The notes beneath the pieces were generated by a model. That model had not been told where the DNA came from. It searched no databases and saw only the letters and a program-made list of their open reading frames with translations. A stretch of DNA of 33,133 nt, taken from positions 5,284,126-5,317,258 of the forward strand of contig NC_068983.1 of NCBI RefSeq assembly GCF_001194135.2. Reading direction: 5' to 3'. Below are positions 9,424 to 20,559 of this stretch, in pieces. Numbering within the stretch: position 1 is the stretch's first letter; each line of letters starts with the position of its first letter. Both the position numbers and the translations under genes were made by a program. The stretch comes from Octopus bimaculoides. Taxonomy: Eukaryota.

Positions 9424-9430
<7 letters not shown>
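9198..9430. repeat. 233-bp near-perfect palindrome, 1-nt centre
   Basis: 9198-9313 versus the reverse complement of 9315-9430 matches 105/116 without gaps; centre T9314. Confidence 0.97.
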
Positions 9431-9485
<55 letters not shown>

Positions 9486-9575
9486 TAATAATAATAANNN
9501 NNNNNNNTAACAATAATAATAATAATAATGACGATGATAATAATCATGATGATGATAAAAAGAAGGATGACAATG

Positions 9576-9636
<61 letters not shown>

Positions 9637-9690
9637 TAATAATAATAATAATGATGATGATAATAATAATGGCAATAATAATAATAATCT
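9431..9690. repeat. (TAA)n/(TGA)n microsatellite with 10-N gap
   Basis: Trinucleotide runs; N at 9498-9507. Confidence 0.97.
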
Positions 9691-9907
9691 TTTTTACTCT
9701 AGGCACAAGGCCTGAAATTTTGGGGGAGGGGGCCAGTCGATTAGATTGACCACAGTATGCAACAGGTACTTAATTTATCGACCCTGAAAGGATGAAAGGT
9801 AAAGTCGACCTCGGCAGAATTTGAACTCAGAACGTAACGGCAGACGAAATACTGCTAAGCATTTCGCCCGGCGTGCTAACGTTTCTACCAGCTTGCCGCC
9901 TTCAATA
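9688..9907 (-). mobile_element. SINE family B, near full length
   Basis: Reverse complement closely matches 20290-20505. Confidence 0.92.
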
Positions 9908-9946
9908 ATAATGATAGTAACAATAATAATAATAACNNNNNNNNNN

Positions 9947-9949
9947 TAT

Positions 9950-9987
<38 letters not shown>

Positions 9988-10048
9988 TAATAATAATAAT
10001 AATAATAATAACAATAATAATAACAATAGTAACAATAATAATAATAAC

Positions 10049-10082
<34 letters not shown>
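9947..10082. repeat. (TAA/CAA)n microsatellite
   Basis: Trinucleotide run after the N gap at 9937-9946. Confidence 0.97.
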
Positions 10083-10774
10083 GTTTAAACAGCACACAAT
10101 GCCAACAATTAAGGTTTATTTGAAAAATTAAATTCATAACGAAGTGATTGTTATCAAGGATTTGGTTAAAGTGAAGATCTAAAATCTCCAAAAGACAGTG
10201 TGTTCTAACAAAATGGCGCCATCTGATTTATGGCAGACATCTAGCTTCTTTTCTATGGCAGATTATGGCTTTCTTCTTGTTGCAAATGAGAAAGGCTTCA
10301 ATTAAATCTATCGCATCAATGGTTGCAGCAAAGACCAGGCAGTGAGGGGGATAACAGATCTATTACTGCTATTGTTGCTGTTGCTGTTGTTGTTTTTTAT
10401 ACTAGTGTGTGTGTGTGTGTATGCAGACATACAACCCCAGTATATTGGGGAAGAGGGAAAGAGAGAGAGAGAGTGTGTGAGAGAGGGGGAGAGAAATAGA
10501 TTGTGTGACAGAGACAGTGAGGGGGTACAAGAGAGGATATGACAGAAAGAGAGAGAGAGGGAGAGAGAGACAGTATGAGAGAGCAGTAAGTGCAAGAGAG
10601 AAGGAAAGAGAAAGACAGCATAATAGAGGCAGAGAGGTAGGTGGGGTATGAGAGAGAAGGAGAGAGAAAGATAGTATGAGAGAGAGAGAGAGAGGGGTTA
10701 TGGCTTAAGAAAGGTAGTGGTGGTAGGATGAGTTAGTAATCAATGTAAGTATTCAGGTGGAAAAGCTTTTATGT

Positions 10775-10978
10775 TTTACCTGTTTCGGTTATCAGATTCT
10801 GGCCATGCTGGGGCACTGCCTTGAAGACAATTTAGATGAATGAATCAACCTCGGTTTTCTTTCTTTTTTTATAAACCTGGTACTTATACTGTCTCTTTTT
10901 GCCAAACCGGTCATCTATGGGGACATAAACACACCAACACTGGTTGTCAAGAGGTTTGAGCAAATAAACACACACACG
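10775..10978 (-). mobile_element. SINE family A 3' part
   Basis: GGCCATGCTGGGGCAC...GTACTTAT...AAACACACCAACACTGGTTGTCAAG. Confidence 0.85.
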
Positions 10979-10985
10979 CCTCATG

Positions 10986-11149
10986 GAGGCAAAGTGGCTG
11001 AGTTCCTTTCAAGCGTTGGGTCTCACAGAGGCAAAGTGGATGAATTCCTTTTGAGTGTTGGGCCTCGGAGGCAAAGTGGATGAGTTCCTCTCAAGTATTG
11101 AGCCTCACAGAGGCAAAGTGGCTGAGTTCCTTTTGAGCGTTGGGCCTCA
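10986..11149. repeat. Four-copy 40-42-bp minisatellite at a SINE end
   Basis: Units start at 10986, 11028, 11068 and 11110; consensus GAGGCAAAGTGG(C/A)TGAGTTCCTTTTGAGCGTTGGGCCTCAC. Confidence 0.93.
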
Positions 11150-11289
11150 TTTACAGCTGAGTAGACTGGGGGAATGTGAAATGAAGAGTAGCCAACAGTA
11201 TACACCTCACTCGTATTTTACCACTTCTGCGGTTTCACTCACTATGAAACATATGTAGCTTGGATTTCCCATACTCCATTCTGTAACTC

Positions 11290-11324
<35 letters not shown>

Positions 11325-11327
<3 letters not shown>

Positions 11328-11550
11328 GGTGCAGTGAATGAATTGTTGTCTAAATTATGCGAAAATGAAAATAACACTTAACATCTCATTTTAACAAATA
11401 TATTTACCAAAATTACATAAAAATATCTTGAAATACTAAAGAGTAAATTTATTCAATAAAATTGCCATTGGCTTCAACCACGGCCTCCAGACGACTTTGG
11501 AATCTCCTGCAACTCTTCTGGATGGTCTCCTTGTTTGAGTTGGTGAATGC
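11325..11550 (-). mobile_element. Tc1/mariner-superfamily 3' end with transposase C-terminus
   Basis: TA|CAGGGTG terminus next to (TA)n; 11550-11449 translates AFTNSNKETIQKSCRRFQSRLEAVVEANGNFIE*, typical of IS630-Tc1-mariner C-termini. Confidence 0.82.
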
Positions 11551-12031
11551 ATACAACATACACAAATGCGCACACATTTTGAAATATATACATGTATATA
11601 TAATAAAATACTCAGTCACACACTTTGAGGGATGACCTCAAAGTGTCAGCGTAAAAATAGAACACCACTGGCTTGTTATTGACACCACCACTACACAAGT
11701 ATTAGGTTCCAGAGTTCAGTGGCAGTTACAGAGTTAGAAATGTCCACCACTTCCTCATCATCATCACCACCATCCGTTGTCGTCGTCATTATCATTGTCA
11801 TCATTTAACATCCACTTTTCCATGTTCACATTAGTCGGATGGAATATGCAGAGGCAGATTTCTGCAGCCAGATGCTCTTTGGGTGAGAGGTGATGCCACC
11901 CTTCCTGCGCATACATGAAAGTTTTTGCATGGGTTCACCACATGAGTTCCCAGCTATTATGCTTAGAGTACATAGAGTACAGCCATGTAGTGCACATTTG
12001 TTGGATTATATATATATATATACATATATAT

Positions 12032-12476
12032 NNNNNNNNNNNNNNNNNNNNNNNNNNNNNNNNNNNNNNNNNNNNNNNNNNNNNNNNNNNNNNNNNNNNN
12101 NNNNNNNNNNNNNNNNNNNNNNNNNNNNNNNNNNNNNNNNNNNNNNNNNNNNNNNNNNNNNNNNNNNNNNNNNNNNNNNNNNNNNNNNNNNNNNNNNNNN
12201 NNNNNNNNNNNNNNNNNNNNNNNNNNNNNNNNNNNNNNNNNNNNNNNNNNNNNNNNNNNNNNNNNNNNNNNNNNNNNNNNNNNNNNNNNNNNNNNNNNNN
12301 NNNNNNNNNNNNNNNNNNNNNNNNNNNNNNNNNNNNNNNNNNNNNNNNNNNNNNNNNNNNNNNNNNNNNNNNNNNNNNNNNNNNNNNNNNNNNNNNNNNN
12401 NNNNNNNNNNNNNNNNNNNNNNNNNNNNNNNNNNNNNNNNNNNNNNNNNNNNNNNNNNNNNNNNNNNNNNNNNNNN
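12032..12476. other. Assembly gap (445 N)
   Basis: Run of N; other gaps at 9498-9507, 9937-9946, 13614-13713, 14419-14628, 15736-15761 and 24271-24280. Confidence 1.
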
Positions 12477-12701
12477 GGGGCTGGCATCAACCACACTCGG
12501 ATGGTGCTTTTTACATGCCACTGGCACGGGCAGCCAGTCAGGCGGCACCGACAATAACTCACACATGAATGATGCTTTATATATATATATATAGTTTTAG
12601 GGAAAATATATTTTATCTATAAAGCTCAATTTAATTTTAATTTTTTATAAATTGATTTTAATTGAGTTTTTACCTGTAATTTTGGATTTTGTCCCTAATA
12701 T

Positions 12702-12750
<49 letters not shown>

Positions 12751-12751
<1 letters not shown>

Positions 12752-13105
12752 TTACAGAAACATTAAGTGAAGTCAGTTTGTTAATAAACAGCACCTTTAA
12801 TGCTCAAAATCTTGACCTTCAGAGGTCAATTTTGACCACTTTACCAAAGCCTGATTTAGATGGCATTCTTAAGGAAATTACGAAACTGTTAAAAATCCTC
12901 TTGACAATTCCTGTGAACCGATTCAGATTGTGATTGCTGCTTTTCAATATTACAAGAAATAAAACTCTCTCTGGGAAGCACTGGAAATCAGGAAAGGCTA
13001 AATGAATTCATTGGAATGGTTTCATTGGAGAAAGATTTCTTTAACAGCCATCGAAGCATCAAGGAGGAAGTTATTGACCTTTTCAATCAAAGAATGGATT
13101 CTTAG
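12751..13105 (+). pseudogene. hAT transposase C-terminal dimerisation-domain remnant (ZMYM1-like type)
   Basis: EITKLLKILLTIPV, frameshift near 12915, then DSDCDCCFSILQEIKLSLGSTGNQERLNEFIGMVSLEKDF...EVIDLF, matching the hAT pattern LLTIPVT.A..ER.FS.LK.IK..LRS.M.QERLN.L...SIE. Confidence 0.85.
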
Positions 13106-13181
13106 TACTTTTACCATGTTTGTAATATTTTCATCATTTCCTACATACATACACACATACGTACATACATATATTCTTTTA

Positions 13182-13559
13182 TTCTTTCACTTGTTTCAGT
13201 CATTTGACTGCGGCCATGCTGGAGCATCGCTTTTAGTCTAACAAATCAATCCCAGGACTTACTCTTTGTAAGCCTAGTACTTATTCTATGGGTCTCTTTT
13301 GCTGAACCACTAAGTTACGGGAGACATAAACACACCAACATTGGTTGTCAAGCGATGGTGGTGGTGGGGATAAACACAAACACACAAACACATACATACA
13401 TACATACATATACAGTTTCCATCTACTAAATCCATTCACAAGGCTTTGGTCAGCCCTGGGCTATAGTTGAAGACACTTGCCCAAGGTGCCACGCAGTGGG
13501 ACTGAACCCAGAACCATGTGGTTGGGAAGTGAGTTTCTTACCACACAGCCACCCCTGCA
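13182..13559 (-). mobile_element. SINE family A, near full length
   Basis: Complete head, core, internal (CA/TA)n and 3' part. Confidence 0.92.
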
Positions 13560-13994
13560 CATTATTGAGAGTAGTGATGTAACTTCTTTACAAGAACCTG
13601 CCCTGCCCACCCANNNNNNNNNNNNNNNNNNNNNNNNNNNNNNNNNNNNNNNNNNNNNNNNNNNNNNNNNNNNNNNNNNNNNNNNNNNNNNNNNNNNNNN
13701 NNNNNNNNNNNNNTGTATATATGTATGTATATATATAAACCATGAAAAAATAATTGATATAGATATCCACTTTATACAGCTCAACCAATTAGCGCTCTGA
13801 TGGAGCTTCAGGAATATAAAATTAAGGAGGAGAGAAAACCAATTCTAAGGCCGATGTATATATTCATTCAATCCATTTTAATGAAGTTCTCCATGGTATC
13901 CAAAATACATACATAGATGCATTCAACTATATGATATATAAAAAATTTCCAAGAATTTATAAATACATAATTCATAGACACATAAAAATTTATA

Positions 13995-14190
13995 AACTCA
14001 GCTGGTAAAAATGAATTTTACCCGTAATTCAAAGGGCCATCTTTATCACATTCTGTGTACCATACTACATCCCCCTGAGAACTACATTAAGGGTATGCAT
14101 GTCTGCGGAGTACTCAGCCACTTGCCTGTTAATTTCAGAAGCAAGCTGTTCTGTTGGTCGGATCCACTGGGACCCTTGTCATTGGGACCA
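13995..14190 (+). mobile_element. SINE family C, 5'-truncated
   Basis: ACTCAGCTGG...GAGAACTACATTAAGGGTATGCATGTCTG.GGAGTACTCAGCC, as in 18175-18500. Confidence 0.88.
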
Positions 14191-14347
14191 ACAGAGTACC
14201 ATAATTTCATTTTGGCTTAATGATATTAATAACCTGGTGTTTGAACTCAACATACATACACTTCGGAACAAGGCATTGGTTGACTACAGAGCAGTAATAA
14301 GAAATCGAAATGAAGTGCCATTTATTTGGGAAAAGAATTACATTTAT

Positions 14348-14418
<71 letters not shown>

Positions 14419-14734
14419 NNNNNNNNNNNNNNNNNNNNNNNNNNNNNNNNNNNNNNNNNNNNNNNNNNNNNNNNNNNNNNNNNNNNNNNNNNNNNNNNNN
14501 NNNNNNNNNNNNNNNNNNNNNNNNNNNNNNNNNNNNNNNNNNNNNNNNNNNNNNNNNNNNNNNNNNNNNNNNNNNNNNNNNNNNNNNNNNNNNNNNNNNN
14601 NNNNNNNNNNNNNNNNNNNNNNNNNNNNGCATACATATATACATATTTAATATTTCATGCCCAACTATCATCATCATCATCGTCATCATCATCATCATCG
14701 TCATCATCATCATCATCGTCATGATCATCATCAT

Positions 14735-14960
14735 CGTCATCATCATCATCTAACGTCTTTTTTCCATACTGGCATGGGTTGGACGGTTTGATGGAGGACT
14801 GGCAAGCCACGAGGCTGCACCAGGCCCCAATCTGATCTGGCAAGGTTTCTACAGCTGGATGCCCTTCCTAATGCCAACCACTCCGAGAATGTAGTGGGTT
14901 CTTTTTACGTGCCAGTCAGGTCAGGTAGCACTGGTATTGGCTACAACTATGATTTCACTT
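14735..14960 (-). mobile_element. SINE family D with long (CAT)n tail extension
   Basis: Standard tail and body; (CAT)n runs from 14667. Confidence 0.88.
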
Positions 14961-15478
14961 GACGGAGCATCTCAAAATAAATACAGTAACAAAAGGGTTA
15001 AGTCAAAAATTCTCTGAGGATGATTTTTAACTCAAATTTGGGGATAATTAGTATTTGTGAATTTATGTCAATAATTGTTTTTGTGAATGACACAGTAATT
15101 AGGCAAAACTAGGAAAATAGAGCAACTTTAAATTGTTTTAATTTAAAATGGTTATACATATGCATAGGAAGAGTAAATTAAGGATGAGAATACTAATATT
15201 TTTGGTAATTAGGTTAGGGTTGAATATACTGAGGAACACTGAACAACTTTACCAACAACTGTAGCAACAACAACAGCAACTATAACAACAACAATTGCAG
15301 CATCAACAACAACAACTATTAAAACAATGCAGTAGTCGTGACTTGTATACAACACAAATACATACATTCAGTCAGACATACGCATGCGGTCTCATTACAT
15401 TTCCTTACTGACATAAACATACATGAGTACATCCTCACATATTCACGCACTTATTCTCATGCATACTCACTCATAAGT

Positions 15479-15479
<1 letters not shown>

Positions 15480-15517
<38 letters not shown>

Positions 15518-15676
15518 TGCACACACACAAACAGACATACACAAACACACATACACACACACAAACAAGCACATACACACATACAGACATGCACACACAC
15601 ACACACACATACACAAACACACATACACACACACAAACATGCCTGCACGCACACACACACACAAACACACACATGC

Positions 15677-15735
<59 letters not shown>
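15480..15735. repeat. Compound (CA)n microsatellite
   Basis: Dinucleotide-based run ending at an N gap. Confidence 0.97.
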
Positions 15736-15861
15736 NNNNNNNNNNNNNNNNNNNNNNNNNNAAATATATCGCATATCACCTTCTATATATCATATATCCA
15801 CTTTGTTTTGTTTTTATGTCGTCTACGTCCATTAACAAGAACTGTCTTAGATCATGATCAT

Positions 15862-16175
15862 CATCATCGTTTAACGTCCGTTTTCCATGCTGGCATGGGT
15901 TGGATGGTTCGACTGGGGTCTGGGAAGCCAAAAGGTTGCACCAGGCACCAATCTGATCTGGCAGTGTTTCTACAGCTGGATGCCCTTCCTAACACCACCC
16001 ACTCCAAGAGTGTAGTGGGTGCTTTTTACACACCACTGGCACAAGAGCCAGAGGAGCTGGCATCGACCACGATCGGATGGTGCTTTTTACGTGCCACCAG
16101 CACGGAAGCCAGTCAAAGCTGCATTGGCATCGGCCATGTTCGGATGATGCTTTTTACGTGCTACCAGCATGGGGT
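15862..16175 (-). mobile_element. SINE family D, three modules
   Basis: Tail nearly identical to 5931-6010; cores at about 16019, 16080 and 16148. Confidence 0.9.
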
Positions 16176-16410
16176 TCACAACTAAAATTTCCATTTAATT
16201 TGATTTTAATATTGCTGTTGATGTTGATGTACTTTATAGGTTTCCTCAAGCATGGCATGTCACCCTACGATCCAAGGTACTTTTGAGTGGGCTGGTTATG
16301 CAACATTGGTGTACATGACAGCTGTGGACTCACTTTATTTGCCAGGTCTTCTCAGTCCTCTAGAGACCTACAGAGGTTTCGGTCTTTTGTCATTGCCTCT
16401 GTGAGGCCCC

Positions 16411-16660
16411 AAAACACCAGTTTAATAATAGCAAAGTTATTTTACTAGATTCTTCATTGTTTTCAAAAATTTATTGAAATAAACGCATTGTATTTCAACC
16501 GAAATATGGTAACAAAAGGGTTAAAGTGACCAAAATGGAAACCTTCCCTCAAAATTTCATGTTACTCTGTTCCAAACACCAGTTTAATAGTGGCAAAGTT
16601 ATTTACTAAATTTTTCATTTTTTTGAAAATTAGCTGAAACAAAGACTGTTTTTCAATAGA
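16411..16660. mobile_element. Two tandem fragments of a TTAA-ended (piggyBac-like) non-autonomous element
   Basis: AAACACCAGTTTAATA...GCAAAGTTATTT repeated at about 16412 and 16573; GTAACAAAAGGG|TTAA terminus at about 16509-16524, also seen at 14986-15001. Confidence 0.6.
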
Positions 16661-17463
16661 AAAATGTCCAGAAAATGGTTGAAATAGTAGCATTCTCATC
16701 ATTTGTGTAACCAATAACATGTTGCTTGACAATATAAATATATCTGTTCTGTGGCTTATATTGTGTGCTTTTGTCTCTGACTTGTGAACAACTAACTGAC
16801 AATAAGAAATATTCTTTAAGTCTGTTTATGTGAAATGTTTTCAAATGCGCTCATAAAATCTCCAATGCTATTTATTCTGGCAACCACTTATTGTTCCCAT
16901 CTTCCAGAATAAATTTATGGTAGTGTTATCAGTTTGGTGCTGGTATGGAAGAAATTCATAAATCCATTAAATATATATGTATATATATTTAATGTCACCT
17001 TATAGCATGCATGTCAAAGCTCCTGTATGGTTATCTGCTGCAATGTGCCATCATACAGCAGGAACACACCTCTTACTGAATATACTTGTGGAATTCAGTT
17101 GGTGTGTGCAGAATTCATAGAACCAAATTTTCCAACTCGCCGCCTTATGTATAGTTGAAACAATTATCTAATTTAATAAATGTGAAAATTAATTTCTGTG
17201 TGTCAGTGTATCGCACTTTGATCCCCCTCCACCCTCTCTCACTATTCTATGACACTTTCTCATGCTGGGGTGAGTGTAATAGTAGGTATAGAGATGGTAA
17301 GGCCAGTGGTGAAGGCAGACTGAGAGAGAGAAAGAGAGAGAGCGGGAGAGAAAGAGAGACAAAGAAATTTAGGGAGAGTTCACGATGTATTAAAAACATT
17401 CCAGACCGAATCTGGACCTGCAATCCTGAAATTTTGGATTCCTATGCTTGCATTACTGCAATT

Positions 17464-17497
<34 letters not shown>

Positions 17498-17970
17498 TGA
17501 TTTTTCTGTGACGAATATGACCATCATTGGAATATGATTCTGGAGGAAGCACTGAAACAAGAGGGAGAGGTTTTTCTGATGCACCATGTATTTCTGTCCC
17601 TGCTAGGCTTATTAATAATTAAGCTTGTGTGTGTTTCAGATTAACGAGCTGATATTTAAAACTTCCACATCGTTATGTTTGCTAACATTACCTGTTGTGA
17701 GAAAAAACAATTCATAAACCTGCTGTCAACGTTCTGCCTTCCAACCATTGTTATCTGAAATGTTATTCAAGACTTCTTCTGTAGACGACAATCTTTGGTG
17801 AAAGAAGAGGTCTTTCAGCATTATTAAAACAACCCTTCTGCTATCATCACACATCATAAATAAGAGCTTTCTCGAAATGATGTATCAGATTTTCTAAACA
17901 GTGTATCAAATGGTGCGTTTTGCTGATAATTTGGAGCAGAAAATATTGGTTTCTGTTTTAGATAAATTAA

Positions 17971-18165
17971 TAGGCACAGGTGGGGCTGTGTGGTTGAGAG
18001 GCTTGCTTCCCAACCATGTGGTTTTGGGTTCAGTCCCACTGCATGGCACCTTGGAAAAGTGTCTTCTATTATAGCCCTGGGCCAACTAAAGTCTTGTGGG
18101 TGGATTTGATAGACAAAAACTAAAGGAAACCTGTAATATATGTGCGTGTTTGGGTGTACTCTTAT
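17971..18165 (+). mobile_element. SINE family A 5' half
   Basis: GGCTGTGTGGTTGAG...GGGTTCAGTCCCACTGCATGGCACCTTGG. Confidence 0.88.
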
Positions 18166-18174
18166 CTTGTTAGG

Positions 18175-18500
18175 TGAAGGTGCATGGCTTAGTGGTTAGG
18201 TTATCTGGTGCACAATCATAAGGTTGTGAGTTCAATTCCTGATGGTGCATTGTGTCCTTGAGCAAGACACTTAATTTCACATCGCTCCTGTCCACTCAGC
18301 TGGCAAAAATGAGTTGTACCTGTAATTCAAAGGGACCAGCCTTGTCACACTCTGTGTCATGCTGAATTTTCTTGAGAACTACATTTAGGGTATGCATGTC
18401 TGTGGAGTACTCAGCCATTTGCACGTTAATTTCATGAGCAGGCTGTTTGGTTGATCTGATCAACTGGAACCCCTGTCGTCATAACTGATGGAGTGCCAGT
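18175..18500 (+). mobile_element. tRNA-derived SINE family C, near full length
   Basis: A box GGTGCATGGCTTAGTGGTTAGG, B box GAGTTCAATTCC, GAGCAAGACAC...CCACTCAGCTGG core. Confidence 0.88.
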
Positions 18501-18759
18501 GCCCTTGTCATGACACCATTGGATAAATAAACGTCACTGTCATACAAGCGATGTTGTTTGTTTCCAATCTTCCATATCTAGCCATAGAAAATCTGCCTCA
18601 GTAAATACTCTCCGATCCATGCAAGAATGGAAAGGTGGACGTTAAATGATGATAATGAGAAGGAGGAGGAGGAGGAGGATAACATAAATATAATAAATGT
18701 TGATTGAAATATGCGTTAGCTGACTTCTCTAGTCACACTTTAGCATCATATAGAGAGAG

Positions 18760-18814
18760 GGGGAGAGAGTAAAAGGGGAGAGAGTAAAAGGGGAGAGAGT
18801 AAAAGGGGAGAGAG
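18760..18814. repeat. (GGGGAGAGAGTAAAA)n, 3.7 copies
   Basis: Exact 15-bp tandem units. Confidence 0.95.
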
Positions 18815-18856
18815 ATACAGAGAGTTAACATAGGAGGTGCAGGATGAGTGGGTGTA

Positions 18857-19061
18857 TGAGGGGTGCTGAAAAGTTCCTGGCTTTGGGTAAAAGAAAATAG
18901 AGAAGGGTCAGTTAATTATGATTTTATTCCCCATATTCCCCTCTCAGATTCACACACTCATTGCAGCAGTCCTTCAGTTTTTCTAAGTCCTGTGAAAGAA
19001 CTCGGAGGGAAGGCTAGGCCTCCAACCAGGCGTTTTGCATTGCCCTTAAAGCACCTCCTTG
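18857..19061 (-). mobile_element. Mariner-derived MITE carrying the transposase C-terminus
   Basis: TA|TGAGGGGTGCTGAAAAGTT left end, eroded GCACCTCCTTG|TA right end; minus strand translates DLEKLKDCCNECVNLRGEYGE*. Confidence 0.82.
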
Positions 19062-19411
19062 TATTAGAATTGGCAACAAACACTGACACAGCGAATGCAA
19101 AAGAATTATAGAGACAGAGGAGGAGTAGGAGGAAGAGGAGGGGTAAATAACGGTATTTATCATCATCATCTTCATCATCGTTCAAGTACTGCTAAGCATT
19201 TTGCTTGGTTTGTAACAATTCTGCCATCTTGCTACCCTGATCTGCCAGAATGTGTGACCAATGAGGATGGACATCGTTGGGTTATTTTATTAAATTTTAT
19301 TTTAAAGCAATAAGTAATTTTTTTTTGTTTGAAAATTATTATTCGTTTCATCATAAGCATCAAGAAATTTGGTAAAAGTTAAATTGTAGTTATTGTATGT
19401 ATCAGTTAATC

Positions 19412-19745
19412 CTTTTATTTGTTTCACTCAATAGACTGAGGCCATGCTGGGGCACCACCTTGAGGAATTTTTAATTGAATGAATCTACCTTATTACTTAT
19501 TCTATTGGTGTCTTTTGCTGAACTGTTTAATTACAGGGATGTAAACACACTGACACTGGTTTTCAAGCAGTAGTGGGGGACAAATACAGACCCAAAGGCA
19601 CACACACACAACAGGATTCTTTCAGTTTCCATTTGCCAAATTCACTCACAAGGCTTTCGTCAGGTGGAGGTTGTCACGCTGTGGAACTGAACCCAGAACC
19701 ACGTGGTTAGGAAGCAAACTTCTTACCACACAGCCACTCCTGCAC
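19412..19745 (-). mobile_element. SINE family A with internal deletion
   Basis: Head and 3' part present; part of the core is missing. Confidence 0.88.
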
Positions 19746-20089
19746 CTGTATTTCATATTTGCTGGTATTGTCCATGGTGGCAAACTTATACTTCCAGAAT
19801 TTCCCATCCTATGACAGGTAACACCCTAGTTATTATAATAATGGTATTTTTAGAGAATATCCAGCATTATAATTTTTCTGACAAATCTCTCAGAACCTGG
19901 TTTACTGAAAAACATGGCGCCATTTCTACTTTAATTAATGATTCGTCTCTCTTTATTCATGGTTGATGTGTCATTGAATCTGACACTAGCGTTGCCAAAG
20001 CTTGTTGTAATCTCAGAATAAGATAGATTTATTAGATTACGGAGAGAGATAAAATATTAAGTGTGTATCGTGATAGCTTACTTCATATA

Positions 20090-20290
20090 TTGCTGTCATC
20101 ATCGTCATAACCATCATCATCATCACTGTCATCGTCGTTGTCATCGTCGTTGTCATCGTTGACATCATCATCATCAGCAGGAGCATTGTTATCATCAGTG
20201 CGTTCATCACTGTCATCATCATCATCATCATCGTCGTCGTCGTCGTCGTCATCATATCATCCTCATTATTGTCATTATTAACATCATATG
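20090..20290. repeat. (CAT/CGT)n compound microsatellite
   Basis: Trinucleotide runs. Confidence 0.93.
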
Positions 20291-20505
20291 GAAGGTGGTG
20301 AGCTGGCAGAATCGTTAGCACGCCGGGCGAAATGCTTAACGATATTTTGTCTGTCTTTACGTTCTGAGTTCAAATTCTGCCGGGATCGACTTTGCCTTTC
20401 ATCCTTTCGGGGTTGATTAAATAAGTACCAGTTACACACTGGGGTTGATGTAATCGGCTTACCCCCTCCCTGCAAATTTCTGGCCTTGTGCTTATAATAG
20501 AAAGG
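20290..20505 (+). mobile_element. SINE family B, near full length
   Basis: GAGCTGGCAGAATCGTTAGCACGCCGGGCGAAATGCTT head and Meta-like domain. Confidence 0.92.
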
Positions 20506-20559
20506 ATTATCATCATCACAATAATCATGTTTATCATCATATTACATCCTTGTTCTTCT

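Noticed and set aside
11890-15779. Long ORFs with X runs
   Set aside because: Artefacts of N gaps and microsatellites.
17971-18250. tRNA genes suggested by A/B boxes (also other SINE heads)
   Set aside because: No complete cloverleaf or acceptor stem; each continues into a SINE body.
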